Shown: one piece after another, positions 30,033-39,939 of the stretch | How positions within the stretch are numbered: position 1 is the first letter of the stretch | Layout: the number at the start of each line of letters is the position of its first letter | Assembly (NCBI GenBank): GCA_028710685.1 | Contig: JAQTTQ010000002.1 | Span: 33,416-97,415 of the forward strand | Direction: 5' to 3' | DNA from: Candidatus Omnitrophota bacterium | GTDB lineage: Bacteria; Omnitrophota; Gorgyraeia; Gygaellales; Profunditerraquicolaceae | Length of the DNA: 64,000 bases | Made by a program: the position numbers and the translations under genes | The notes under the pieces: model-generated | Seen by the model: only the letters and a program-made list of their open reading frames with translations | Told to the model about the DNA's origin: nothing | Databases searched by the model: none

Positions 30033-30824
30033 ATGACTGAGTCGGAATTATTATTTACGCATGCCCTGGATTGCAAGAGAGAGAGCCTGTATCTGGATAA
30101 AGACAGACCTTTGACCTCAAGCCAGTCCTCTTTCGTTTCATCCGCATTAAAAAGAAGGTTAAGCGGCGAGCCTCTCCAGTATATTCTTGGCAGTACGGAA
30201 TTTATGGGTTTGGAATTTAAGGTTAACAGGCACGTCCTTATTCCGCGCTTTGAGACTGAGATTCTGGTTGATGCCGCAATAAAATATGCAAGATCTTTGC
30301 TATCTTTCAAGGGCCGGATATTGGAATTAGGGACAGGTTCTGGATGTATCGCAATCAGCCTGGCTAAGTTTTTGCCGGATTTGAAGATAACCGCTACAGA
30401 TATTTCTATTGAAGCTTTAAGAGTGGCCTTGGATAATGCAAGGTTAAACGGGGTGTCAAATAGGATTTGTTTTACGGCAAGTGATTTATTCGATTCTCTG
30501 GCAGTAAATACCCGCAGGTATTCGATTTGTATAAGTAACCCCCCTTATGTGCCAACCGCTCAGATAGACAGGCTGCAGCCTGAGGTCAGGCATGAACCAA
30601 GGGGTGCTTTAGACGGAGGCAGGGACGGATTAGGTTTTTATAGAAGGATAATTAAGGGTGCATCGGATTATTTGATTGATGAGGGGATTTTAATTATGGA
30701 GATAGGCTTTAACCAGCGTGATGGCGTTGAGGCTATCCTGCGTAGTTCTAATTCCTTTAAGGCAATCGAGGCAATTAAAGATTTTAATAATATTGACAGG
30801 GTAATTGTAGCAAGGAGAGGTTAA
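30033..30824 (+). CDS. prmC: Release-factor glutamine N5-methyltransferase PrmC (HemK)
   Basis: NPPY motif (ISNPPYVP) and a SAM-binding fold. Downstream of prfA, as is usual. Confidence 0.85.
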   Translation: MTESELLFTHALDCKRESLYLDKDRPLTSSQSSFVSSALKRRLSGEPLQYILGSTEFMGLEFKVNRHVLIPRFETEILVDAAIKYARSLLSFKGRILELGTGSGCIAISLAKFLPDLKITATDISIEALRVALDNARLNGVSNRICFTASDLFDSLAVNTRRYSICISNPPYVPTAQIDRLQPEVRHEPRGALDGGRDGLGFYRRIIKGASDYLIDEGILIMEIGFNQRDGVEAILRSSNSFKAIEAIKDFNNIDRVIVARRG

Positions 30825-30830
30825 GGATAA

Positions 30831-32093
30831 ATGGATAAATTAATTATTGAAGGCCAGGTTAAGCTAAAGGGCGAGGTTACTGTTTCCGGGGCAAAGAATT
30901 CAGTACTGCCGATTATGGCTGCAACATTGCTCACTGAGGATGCCTGTATAATTAAGGGGGTTCCGGATCTGCGCGATACCAATACTATGATAAGGATATT
31001 GCGTGCTTTAGGCAAGGGTGTTGAATTTGATAAGGGGGTATTGGTGATCTCCTCTTTAAAAAAGACAAATTACATCGCAGATTATAAACTTGTCTCTACT
31101 ATGCGCGCTTCTTTCTGCGTTCTAGGGCCACTCTTGGGAAAGTTAGGTAAGGCTAAGGTATCTCTCCCGGGAGGATGTATTATCGGGGTAAGGCCTGTGG
31201 ATTTGCATTTAAAGGGGATAAAGGCCTTAGGCGCGGATGTGGATATAGAATCAGGATACATATCTGCTAAAGCTAAGAAACTTAAAGGCGCCCATATTTA
31301 TTTAGGAGGGGTCTACGGCTCTTCGGTATTGGCTACTGATAATGTTATGATGGCCGCTGTTTTAGCCAGCGGTAAGACGGTTATTGAAGCTGCAGCATGC
31401 GAGCCTGAAGTAGTAGACCTGGCAGATTTTTTGAATAAAATGGGTGCTAAGATTAAGGGGCAGGGTACCCCTACTATAGAAATAGAAGGGGTTAGGTGTT
31501 TGCACGGAGCAACCCATACAATTATACCGGATAGGATTGAGGCGGGAACAATGATCCTGGCTGCCCTGATCACTAAAGGGGATATTCTTATAAGAAATGT
31601 TATCTTAAGGCACTTAGGCGCCTTAATAGATAAACTTGAAGAGGCCGGTGTCAGCATTATTAAGGGTGAGAATTCACTGCATGTGCGTTATAAGAAGCCG
31701 TTAAATGCCGTGAATATTACAACACTTCCTTATCCGGGCTTTCCTACCGATATGCAGGCGCAGATGATGAGCCTGATGAGTGTTACCCCGGGTATAACGA
31801 TTATAACTGAGAAAATTTATCCCGATAGGTTTATGCATGTTTCGGAGTTAAACCGTATGGGCGCACATATACAGCGCGAAGGCCCGCATGCCATAGTGGA
31901 AGGGGTGGCGAGGCTATCGGGTTCCTGCGTTATGGCTTCGGATTTACGTGCTTCAGCCTCGCTTGCTTTAGCAGGCCTGGCGGCTTTTGGAAAGACTTCC
32001 ATATCCAGGATATATCATCTTGAGCGGGGCTATGAAAAAATTGAAGAGAAACTAGAAAGTTTGGGCGCTAGGGTGCGCAGGGAAAAAGAATGA
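30831..32093 (+). CDS. murA: UDP-N-acetylglucosamine 1-carboxyvinyltransferase MurA
   Basis: [31 protein letters not shown].. and an active-site Cys region. Confidence 0.9.
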   Translation: MDKLIIEGQVKLKGEVTVSGAKNSVLPIMAATLLTEDACIIKGVPDLRDTNTMIRILRALGKGVEFDKGVLVISSLKKTNYIADYKLVSTMRASFCVLGPLLGKLGKAKVSLPGGCIIGVRPVDLHLKGIKALGADVDIESGYISAKAKKLKGAHIYLGGVYGSSVLATDNVMMAAVLASGKTVIEAAACEPEVVDLADFLNKMGAKIKGQGTPTIEIEGVRCLHGATHTIIPDRIEAGTMILAALITKGDILIRNVILRHLGALIDKLEEAGVSIIKGENSLHVRYKKPLNAVNITTLPYPGFPTDMQAQMMSLMSVTPGITIITEKIYPDRFMHVSELNRMGAHIQREGPHAIVEGVARLSGSCVMASDLRASASLALAGLAAFGKTSISRIYHLERGYEKIEEKLESLGARVRREKE

Positions 32094-32656
32094 TTTTAAT
32101 GATTGATAATTACGATTCTTTTACTTACAATCTGGTCCAGTATTTAGGTTCTCTGGGCAAAAGCGTTAAGGTTTTTCGTAATGATAAGATAACTATCCCC
32201 GAGATAATAAGGCTTAACCCAAAGAAGATAATTATTTCTCCTGGCCCGGGACGGCCTGAGGAGGCCGGGGTATCTTGCATGGTGATTAAGGAATTCGCCG
32301 GTAAACTTCCGATATTGGGCGTTTGCCTCGGGCATCAGGCAATAGGGTATGTATACGGAGGCAGGATTATCAAGGCAAAGAACCTTATGCACGGTAAGAC
32401 CTCCCTAGTTTATCATAACAATAAGGGCATTTTCCGTAATATACCCAATCCTTTTGAGGCTACCCGTTATCATTCGCTGATCGTAGAAAACAAGAGCCTT
32501 CCTTCTTGCCTTGAGGTTATCGCCTCGACAAAAGAAAAAGAGATTATGGGGTTAAGGCATAAAGATTATCCTGTTTTTGGGGTGCAATTCCATCCCGAGT
32601 CTATTCTTACTCCCTCGGGTATGGATATTTTAAAGAACTTCCTTAGAATATGCTGA
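32090..32656 (+). CDS. trpG: Anthranilate synthase component II / glutamine amidotransferase (TrpG/PabA type)
   Basis: [20 protein letters not shown], and the catalytic [11 protein letters not shown] junction with murA. No trpE in the window. Confidence 0.8.
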   Translation: MILMIDNYDSFTYNLVQYLGSLGKSVKVFRNDKITIPEIIRLNPKKIIISPGPGRPEEAGVSCMVIKEFAGKLPILGVCLGHQAIGYVYGGRIIKAKNLMHGKTSLVYHNNKGIFRNIPNPFEATRYHSLIVENKSLPSCLEVIASTKEKEIMGLRHKDYPVFGVQFHPESILTPSGMDILKNFLRIC

Positions 32657-33657
32657 TTAAAGAAGCGATACAAATTCTTGCGCAAAGAAAAGACTTAAAT
32701 TCCGAACAGATGCAAGGCGTTATGTCGGATATCTTAAGCGGTGCAACCAATACCGCGGATATAATTGAATTCCTCACCTTTCTAAACGACAAAGGGGAGA
32801 CAATAGAAGAGCTTACTTCGGCGGTAAAGTCAATGCTTAAATATGTTGACCCCATTATTGTTGACCGGCCGAATATATTGGATACCTGCGGTACCGGCGG
32901 AGATAAAAAGGGCACCTTTAACATTTCTACTATTACCGCTTTTGTAGCTAGCGGTGCGGGTGTTTGCGTAGCTAAGCATGGTAACCGTTCTGTCTCCAGC
33001 AGGTGCGGAAGCGCTGATATCCTGGAGGCCTTAGGTGTAGATATTAATATGGGTAGGGATAAGATAAAGAAATGCCTGGAAGATATCGGAATTGCTTTCT
33101 TATTCGCTCCTAACTTACATCCGGCAATGAGCCAGGTAATGCCTGCGCGCAAGAAAATAGAGCGTAAGACAATATTTAATATCCTGGGGCCTTTAATTAA
33201 CCCCGCCCGGGCGACTAACCAGTTAATCGGGGTTTATAGTCTAGAATGGACTAAAATTTTATCGCGCGTTTTGCATGATCTGGGGACTAAGCATGTTTTA
33301 GTTGTGCACGGCATGGATGGGTTGGATGAAGTTACCACCGTTGATAAGACTTTTATTTCGGAGGCAATTGGCGGCCAATTTAGAGATTATGAGATCTCCC
33401 CGGAAGACTTTGGTTTTAGCAGGGCCATTGCGGAAGATCTTTTAGGCGGGGATGTACGTAAGAATGCCTCTATTGCCTTAGATATTTTAAGCGGGGTAAG
33501 AGGGCCTAAGAGGGATATCGTGGTATTAAATTCAGCTTGCGCTATATATGCCGCAGATAAGGCCGGTTCAATAGATGAAGGAATAGAGCTGGCGGTAGCA
33601 TCACTCGATAGCGGTGCAGCCCTAAGAAAATTTAAAATGTTAAAGGAGTATTCATAA
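32650..33657 (+). CDS. trpD: Anthranilate phosphoribosyltransferase
   Basis: DTCGTGGD motif in the TrpD family. Confidence 0.9.
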   Translation: MLIKEAIQILAQRKDLNSEQMQGVMSDILSGATNTADIIEFLTFLNDKGETIEELTSAVKSMLKYVDPIIVDRPNILDTCGTGGDKKGTFNISTITAFVASGAGVCVAKHGNRSVSSRCGSADILEALGVDINMGRDKIKKCLEDIGIAFLFAPNLHPAMSQVMPARKKIERKTIFNILGPLINPARATNQLIGVYSLEWTKILSRVLHDLGTKHVLVVHGMDGLDEVTTVDKTFISEAIGGQFRDYEISPEDFGFSRAIAEDLLGGDVRKNASIALDILSGVRGPKRDIVVLNSACAIYAADKAGSIDEGIELAVASLDSGAALRKFKMLKEYS

Positions 33658-33658
33658 G

Positions 33659-34450
33659 GTGAAGAAAACAGATATTTTAAAGGATATTATAGCCAAGAAA
33701 AAAGAAAAAATCATTTTGGCTAAACAGCAAATTTCCGAGGAAGAACTAAAATCCAGATTAGGCTGTGTAGGGCCTGCCCGCAAGTTTGTGGAGGCGATAA
33801 ATAAACCGCGCCAGATATCCCTGATCGCAGAAATTAAGAAGGCATCCCCTTCCCTGGGGGTTATCCGTGCGGAGTTTAACCATCTTGAGATTGCAAAGAT
33901 TTATCAAGAGGCAAATGTTGCAGCGGTTTCGGTCCTTACGGAGGAGGATTATTTCTTAGGGAATATATCTTATATCAATGAAGTTAAGGAGGTAATTCAG
34001 GCTCCGGTATTGAGAAAAGATTTTATTCTAGACCGGTATCAAATTTTCGAATCCAGGTTCTACGGCGCAGATGCTGTACTTTTGATAGCCAAGCTTCTTA
34101 CCCAGGATGAATTAGTTGAGTTTTCTGCTCTTGCTTCTGGATTAGGCATGGATGCGTTAGTAGAGGTGCATGAGGAAAAAGAACTGAAGAAGGTTTTGAA
34201 GCTAAAGGAGATAGCGCTTATCGGCATAAATAACCGTAACCTTAATACATTGGAGGTTGATCCAAAAACCGTAGAGAGGCTTTTTCCTTTAATCCCTAAG
34301 GAGAAAACAGTAGTTGTGGAAAGCGGAATTAAAAGCAGCCAGGATGTATTATTCTTAAAGATATTGGGCGTAAGCGCCGTTTTAATCGGCACGGCTTTTA
34401 TGGAGTCGGGTAATATTAGGGCTAAAGTCGAAGAGATCATGGGATGGTAA
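33659..34450 (+). CDS. trpC: Indole-3-glycerol phosphate synthase
   Basis: IAEIKKASPS..; GTG start. Confidence 0.85.
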   Translation: MKKTDILKDIIAKKKEKIILAKQQISEEELKSRLGCVGPARKFVEAINKPRQISLIAEIKKASPSLGVIRAEFNHLEIAKIYQEANVAAVSVLTEEDYFLGNISYINEVKEVIQAPVLRKDFILDRYQIFESRFYGADAVLLIAKLLTQDELVEFSALASGLGMDALVEVHEEKELKKVLKLKEIALIGINNRNLNTLEVDPKTVERLFPLIPKEKTVVVESGIKSSQDVLFLKILGVSAVLIGTAFMESGNIRAKVEEIMGW

Positions 34451-35061
34451 GGCCTAAGGTAAAAGTTTGCGGTATTACTAACCTGGAAGATGCGCTAGCT
34501 GCGCTTTTTTATAAAGCGGATGCCCTGGGTTTTGTGTTCTTTAAGAAAAGCCCTCGTTATATAAATCCGGCAAAGGCCGCAAATATTTCCCGTATTCTGC
34601 CGAGAAAAATATTAAGGGTAGGTGTTTTTGTAGATGCCGACGAAGCCCGGGTTAAGAGGATCGCGCGCCGCTGCGGACTTAATATCCTGCAATTTCACGG
34701 AGAAGAAAGCCCTGAATTCTGCCTTAGATTCAAAGGCTATAAGGTTGTTAAGGCTTTTAGGGTTGGAAAAAGTATAGATTTGAGAGGCATAACAGAATAT
34801 AAAACATACGCTTATCTTTTTGATACCTTTGATGGCGGCAGGGCAGGAGGAACGGGAAAAAAGTTTGACTGGAACTTATTGAAGAAATTGGCTAAAATAA
34901 AACGTCCGGTTTTTTTATCCGGAGGCTTGAATTCACGGAATGTAAGGTATGCCTTAAGGATAATCCATCCTGATTGGGTTGACCTCTCAAGCGGGGTTGA
35001 ATCTTCTTTAGGGAAAAAAGACCATAAGAAAATAAGAAATTTTATTACTAAGATAAAATGA
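34444..35061 (+). CDS. trpF: Phosphoribosylanthranilate isomerase
   Basis: [11 protein letters not shown].. in the PRAI family. Confidence 0.85.
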   Translation: MVRPKVKVCGITNLEDALAALFYKADALGFVFFKKSPRYINPAKAANISRILPRKILRVGVFVDADEARVKRIARRCGLNILQFHGEESPEFCLRFKGYKVVKAFRVGKSIDLRGITEYKTYAYLFDTFDGGRAGGTGKKFDWNLLKKLAKIKRPVFLSGGLNSRNVRYALRIIHPDWVDLSSGVESSLGKKDHKKIRNFITKIK

Positions 35062-36275
35062 GCATAAAACTGATAAAGAAAAGATTTCCTGATAAGAGCG
35101 GACATTTCCTGGATTTTGGGGGCAGGTTTGTCCCGGAGACGCTTACCTTTGCCCTGGATGAATTGGAGGCTGAGTACAATAAGGCAATAAAAGACAAAAA
35201 GTTTATTGCCGAGTTAAATTATTACCTGAAGGAATATGCCGGAAGGCCTACCCCTTTGTATTTGGCTAAAGGTTTAAGCAGGTATTTAGGCGTTGGGAGG
35301 GTATATTTAAAAAGAGAGGACCTTCTTCATACCGGAGCGCATAAGATAAATAATACTTTAGGCCAGGGGCTTTTAGCCTTAAGGATGAAGAAACCACGCG
35401 TTATCGCTGAGACCGGAGCAGGCCAGCATGGCGTGGCTACTGCCACAGTAGCTGCGCTCTTTGGGTTGAGCTGCGATATCTATATGGGCGAGGAAGATAT
35501 GAAACGGCAGGAGCCTAATGTTTTCAGGATGAGGCTTTTGGGCGCCAAGGTCATTCCGGTTAGGTCAGGCTCAAAGACCCTGAAAGATGCCATGACTGAG
35601 GCCCTGCGTGATTGGGTAACAAATGTCCGTGACACGCATTATATTATCGGGACAGCTGCCGGGCCTTCTCCTTATCCTATGTTGGTCAGGAATTTTCAAT
35701 CGGTGATCGGTAAAGAAACTAAGGAAGAGTTAAGGATAAAAGAAAGAAGGCTCCCGGATTATTTAGTTGCCTGTGTGGGCGGAGGAAGCAATGCCCTAGG
35801 GTTATTCTATCCCTTCTTTTATGATAAAAAGGTTAAGTTTATTGGCGTTGAGGCAGGCGGCAGGAGGATGTCTTTAGGCGAGCATGCCGCCAGTTTGGTA
35901 AAGGGGAGTATCGGGGTATTACATGGCGCAAAATCCGCCCTTTTACAGAATGATTCAGGGCAGGTCAGCAATACGCATTCAATCTCTGCGGGGCTTGATT
36001 ACCCCGGGGTCGGCCCTGAACACGCCTATTATAAGAAAATAGGGCGTGCCCGGTATTTTGCTGTTTCCGATAAAGAGGCGCTGGATGGTTTTAGGTTGCT
36101 TTCCAAGCTGGAAGGCATAATACCGGCTCTTGAATCTGCGCATGCTATTGCATACCTGAATAGAATGAGGGGTAAGGTTAAGAAAGGCTGCATTATCGTT
36201 GTTTGTCTATCCGGCAGGGGAGATAAGGATTTGGGGATTATCACCGGGTTATCCAAGAAAGGAAAGGCATATTGA
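35058..36275 (+). CDS. trpB: Tryptophan synthase beta chain
   Basis: PLP-dependent TrpB motifs ([15 protein letters not shown]). Confidence 0.9.
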   Translation: MSIKLIKKRFPDKSGHFLDFGGRFVPETLTFALDELEAEYNKAIKDKKFIAELNYYLKEYAGRPTPLYLAKGLSRYLGVGRVYLKREDLLHTGAHKINNTLGQGLLALRMKKPRVIAETGAGQHGVATATVAALFGLSCDIYMGEEDMKRQEPNVFRMRLLGAKVIPVRSGSKTLKDAMTEALRDWVTNVRDTHYIIGTAAGPSPYPMLVRNFQSVIGKETKEELRIKERRLPDYLVACVGGGSNALGLFYPFFYDKKVKFIGVEAGGRRMSLGEHAASLVKGSIGVLHGAKSALLQNDSGQVSNTHSISAGLDYPGVGPEHAYYKKIGRARYFAVSDKEALDGFRLLSKLEGIIPALESAHAIAYLNRMRGKVKKGCIIVVCLSGRGDKDLGIITGLSKKGKAY

Positions 36276-37060
36276 ACCGGATAGATCTTAAATTTAAGGA
36301 ATTAAGGGGCAGAAAACAGAAGGCCTTTATTGTTTTTATCACTGCTGGGTATCCCGATTTAAAGGTTACTGAAGAATTAATCCTTCGATTCGCAGGGGCA
36401 GGCGTTGATATTATAGAGTTAGGGGTGCCATTTACCGACCCTATGGCTGATGGGCCGGTTATCCAGCATGCCTCATGCCAGGCATTAAAGAATAATACCC
36501 GCCTTTTGGATATACTTAATTTAGTAAAGAAGGTGAGGAACAAGGTTTCAATCCCGATAACGCTCATGACTTATTATAATCCTATATTTTCTTTCGGGCA
36601 GGATAAGTTTATTAAAGATTCTTTGTCTGCAGGGGTGGACGGTATAATTATACCGGATCTTCCGGTAGATGAGGGTAAAGAGTTTATTCTAAGGGCTAAC
36701 CGGGCAGGATTGTATAATATATGCTTTATTTCTCCCACAACATCTTTACAAAGGATGAAGTTTATCCTTAAGTTTGCGAAGGGTTTTATTTATTATGTTT
36801 CCTTAACCGGGGTTACCGGTATGCGCAGGGATCTGCCTAAAGATGTAAAAACTAACATTTCCCGGATAAAGAAATATACTGCGCTTCCTGTTTGTGCCGG
36901 ATTTGGAATATCTAACCGCCTTCAGGCGAAAGAATTAGCCGTTTTCTCCGACGGTGTTATCATCGGCAGTGCAATCGTAGCTAAAATTAAAGAAAATATT
37001 AAAAGCCGGCATTTGGTTAAGAAAATTAGCAGTTTTGTTGGGGGGTTGAATATAAAATGA
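36272..37060 (+). CDS. trpA: Tryptophan synthase alpha chain
   Basis: 262 aa in the TrpA family; TTG start overlapping the trpB stop. Confidence 0.9.
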   Translation: MNRIDLKFKELRGRKQKAFIVFITAGYPDLKVTEELILRFAGAGVDIIELGVPFTDPMADGPVIQHASCQALKNNTRLLDILNLVKKVRNKVSIPITLMTYYNPIFSFGQDKFIKDSLSAGVDGIIIPDLPVDEGKEFILRANRAGLYNICFISPTTSLQRMKFILKFAKGFIYYVSLTGVTGMRRDLPKDVKTNISRIKKYTALPVCAGFGISNRLQAKELAVFSDGVIIGSAIVAKIKENIKSRHLVKKISSFVGGLNIK

Positions 37061-38334
37061 AAATGGGTTACCGTAAGAATATATTGGCTAACGGGTTAAG
37101 GGTTGTGTCCTGTCGGATGCCGCAGAGGGAGTCGTTTTCTCTGGGTATTTTTATTAAAGTAGGCGGCCGGTATGAAAACAACCGAAATAAAGGAATGGCG
37201 CATTTTCTGGAACACCTTCTTTTTAAGGGCTCTAGGAATTATTCTTGCCGTAAGATTAAGGAGTCTATTGAGGGCGTAGGCGGCTCCCTTAACGGTTTTA
37301 CTTCAGAAGAGTTAACCTGTTATTTAGTTAAAATGCCCAGTATTTATTTAGAGCAGGCGCTTAATATCCTCTCGGATATGGTAATAAGGCCTGAGCTTTC
37401 GAGGGTTGAGATTAGAAAAGAAAGAACCGTAATCCTTGAAGAGCTTAAAATGTACAGGGACCTGCCCCAAAGCTACGTATATGAATTATTGGATGAGCTT
37501 TTATGGCCTAATCAGCCTTTAGGCGCGCCAATCATAGGCAGGGTTGATTCTCTTCTGAAGGTAGACAGGAAGGGGCTGCTTTCCTTTAAACATAATTATT
37601 ACAACGCATCAAATATGATTATAAGCGCAGCCGGCAATATTGATGAAGATGAATTAAATAAAGGCGTAAGTAAAATATTCTCAGCATTGCCTAAGGCAGG
37701 AGAAAATATGTTTATCAAGGCAAGGGATGGGCAGAGTAAGGCAAGGGTTAAGGTTTTTCATAAAGAGACCGAGCAAACGCACATGGCATTAGGTTTCAAG
37801 GGATTCAGGCGCGGCCATCCCCTAAGGCATGCTGTGGGTTTACTGCATGTTATCCTCGGGGCTAATATGTCCAGCCGGCTTTTTAATGAAGTCAGGGAGA
37901 AGCGCGGCCTTGCCTATGAAATCGGGACAGCGGTAAAACGTTTTTATGATACCGGGGCTTTCCTGGTGCATGCCGGGATTGATAACCGTAAGGTGCCCGA
38001 TGCCATATCTTTGATTTTAAAGGAGCTTGTTAAGGCCAAGGAATCCTTAGTTAAGGAAGGTGAGTTTAACCGGGCAAAGGAGTTTTATATAGGGCAGTTA
38101 AAGCTGGGGTTGGAAGATACTATGGAGCATATGCTCTGGATAGGAGAGACCACCGCTACCTTAGATAAGATCTATTCTTTAGAGGAGATAATTAATGAGG
38201 TTAACCGGATAAACAAAGAAGACATCCTTAAATGTGCCAGGTTTCTTTTTAAAGAGGATAATCTTAACCTGAGTTTAATCGGTCCGCTTAAGGGAGCTGA
38301 ATATAAAATTAGTGAGCGCCTTAATTTAAGTTAA
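37057..38334 (+). CDS. M16-family (pitrilysin-like) zinc peptidase
   Basis: Inverted zinc motif HFLEHLLFKG with a downstream Glu. Confidence 0.8.
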   Translation: MKMGYRKNILANGLRVVSCRMPQRESFSLGIFIKVGGRYENNRNKGMAHFLEHLLFKGSRNYSCRKIKESIEGVGGSLNGFTSEELTCYLVKMPSIYLEQALNILSDMVIRPELSRVEIRKERTVILEELKMYRDLPQSYVYELLDELLWPNQPLGAPIIGRVDSLLKVDRKGLLSFKHNYYNASNMIISAAGNIDEDELNKGVSKIFSALPKAGENMFIKARDGQSKARVKVFHKETEQTHMALGFKGFRRGHPLRHAVGLLHVILGANMSSRLFNEVREKRGLAYEIGTAVKRFYDTGAFLVHAGIDNRKVPDAISLILKELVKAKESLVKEGEFNRAKEFYIGQLKLGLEDTMEHMLWIGETTATLDKIYSLEEIINEVNRINKEDILKCARFLFKEDNLNLSLIGPLKGAEYKISERLNLS

Positions 38335-38336
38335 AT

Positions 38337-39347
38337 ATGGGTAATATCATAGTAGTTTCAGTATTGTTTGTAATCTTGGCGATAGTTTCGTTTCTCTTTG
38401 CGGCGTCGGAAACATCGATTATCGCCTTAAGCAAGATAAGGCTACGCCATATGGTTGCCAAGGGTATTAAAAAAGCCCAGAGCATCCAGAGGTTATCGGG
38501 GAAGATGGATAAGTTTATCGCAGCTATCTTGATCGGGAACAATTTTGTCAATATCGCTATGTCGGCGATAATAACTGCTTTATGCATCCCTATATTCGGG
38601 TTTAACTGGGGTACTTTAATTGCTACTTTTATTACAGCTTTTTTTGTGCTTATATTTTGCGAAATTACCCCCAAGATTTTTGCTGCGAAACACACCGAAA
38701 AGGTATCTCTGTTTGTGGCGCCCATAATGGAGGGTTTTGTAAAACTGTTGGGGCCTTTTACTAAATTTTTTATCTGGGTGAGCAATACCTTGCTTAAACT
38801 ATTTGGCATAGACCCGCTAAAGCGCTCTCCACTGATAACCGAGGAAGAGTTAAAGCTTATGATTGAGGTGGGCAAGGAAGAGGGGGTTGTAAGCGACGAG
38901 GAAAGGAAGATGCTCCATCGCATCTTTGAATTCGGAGATACTAAGGTAAGCGACTGCATGATCCCTAAGGATGAGATTGTGGCGGTAAATATAAATATTA
39001 ACTCTGAGGAGCTATTAAACATGTTTGTGGAGGAGGGGCATGCGAGGCTTCCGGTATATAACGGCACTATCGATAATATTGTGGGGGTAATCTATGCCCG
39101 CGACTTGCTCTATATTCTAAGGGATAAGGGGTTATTCCTTCTGCAGGACCTCATACATAACCCCTATTATGCTTTGGAGACTATGCGGGTGAATGAGTTG
39201 TTGCGCAGGTTCCAGGCAGATAGAGTCCAGATGGCTATAGTGGTAGATAAAAATAAAAAGACCCTGGGCCTTTTAACTCTTGAGGATTTGATTGAAGAGA
39301 TAGTCGGAGAGATAGAGGAGGAGAATGGCTCCCGTCTTTATAAATAA
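38337..39347 (+). CDS. CNNM/HlyC/CorC-family transporter (DUF21 TM domain + CBS pair)
   Basis: N-terminal DUF21 membrane domain, then CBS domains. Confidence 0.8.
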   Translation: MGNIIVVSVLFVILAIVSFLFAASETSIIALSKIRLRHMVAKGIKKAQSIQRLSGKMDKFIAAILIGNNFVNIAMSAIITALCIPIFGFNWGTLIATFITAFFVLIFCEITPKIFAAKHTEKVSLFVAPIMEGFVKLLGPFTKFFIWVSNTLLKLFGIDPLKRSPLITEEELKLMIEVGKEEGVVSDEERKMLHRIFEFGDTKVSDCMIPKDEIVAVNININSEELLNMFVEEGHARLPVYNGTIDNIVGVIYARDLLYILRDKGLFLLQDLIHNPYYALETMRVNELLRRFQADRVQMAIVVDKNKKTLGLLTLEDLIEEIVGEIEEENGSRLYK

Positions 39348-39350
39348 AAA

Positions 39351-39378
39351 TTGACCTTTTGCCTTAAAGTTGTATAAT
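39351..39378 (+). promoter_or_regulatory. Sigma70-like promoter TTGACC-16-TATAAT
   Basis: Near-consensus hexamers about 35 nt upstream of an AAGGAGG RBS and the small ORF at 39414. Confidence 0.5.
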
Positions 39379-39413
39379 AAACAAGTATAGTTGAAAAAAA
39401 TAAGGAGGAAAAA

Positions 39414-39560
39414 ATGGCAGAAACAGGTTATTGTGTTAAATGCAAGGCTAAAAAAGAGATGAAGGACGAACAGAAGGTTACTATGAAGAACGGCCGCCAG
39501 GCGATGAAGGGCAAATGTTCTACCTGTGGCACCGGTATGTATAAAATATTAGGTAAATAG
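39414..39560 (+). CDS. Small C4 zinc-ribbon protein (48 aa, DUF5679-like)
   Basis: MAETGYCVKCKAKKEMKDEQKVTMKNGRQAMKGKCSTCGTGMYKILGK. Two CxxC pairs, and a strong RBS (AAGGAGGA) 4 nt upstream. Absent from the ORF track because it is under 60 aa. Confidence 0.6.
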   Translation: MAETGYCVKCKAKKEMKDEQKVTMKNGRQAMKGKCSTCGTGMYKILGK

Positions 39561-39620
39561 GTATTTTAAATAAGAGGTATAGTTAAAATAGAGACAAAGA
39601 AGTTAGCACAACGTATTGCT

Positions 39621-39932
39621 TTGATTGCTAAGTCCAAGAAGGCGCAGAAGGTGGTAATCTTGGATATCCGTAAGGTTGCCGCTTTCTGCGATTATTTTGT
39701 GATTGCAAGCGCTACCTCTATGAGGCAGGTAAATGCAATTGCCCAGGCAATAGCGCAGGATTTAATCAAGGATAAAATAAAACCGCTCTCCTCCTTAGCC
39801 CAAAATGATGAGTCAGGTTGGGTAGTTCTTGATTTCAATTCGGTTATCACCCATATATTCTATAAACCAATGCGTGAATTTTATGGTCTTGAGCGCCTCT
39901 GGTCCGATGCAAAAAGAGTAAGAGCAGCCTAA
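39621..39932 (+). CDS. rsfS: Ribosomal silencing factor RsfS (Iojap family)
   Basis: VVILDIRKVAAFCDYFVIASATSMRQVNAIAQAI. The annotated TTG start is probably too far downstream: the in-frame upstream residues ..ETKKLAQRIALIAKSKKAQK also match the RsfS N-terminus. Confidence 0.8.
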   Translation: MIAKSKKAQKVVILDIRKVAAFCDYFVIASATSMRQVNAIAQAIAQDLIKDKIKPLSSLAQNDESGWVVLDFNSVITHIFYKPMREFYGLERLWSDAKRVRAA

Positions 39933-39939
39933 TCCCTCC

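Noticed and set aside
32643-33152. 169-aa minus-strand ORF
   Set aside because: It is antisense to trpD. No RBS or start context and no family resemblance.
38321-39067. 248-aa ORF on the minus strand
   Set aside because: It lies entirely antisense to the well-supported CNNM transporter gene. Its translation is low-complexity and Ser/Ile-rich, it has no start context, and it matches no family. It is an antisense artefact.
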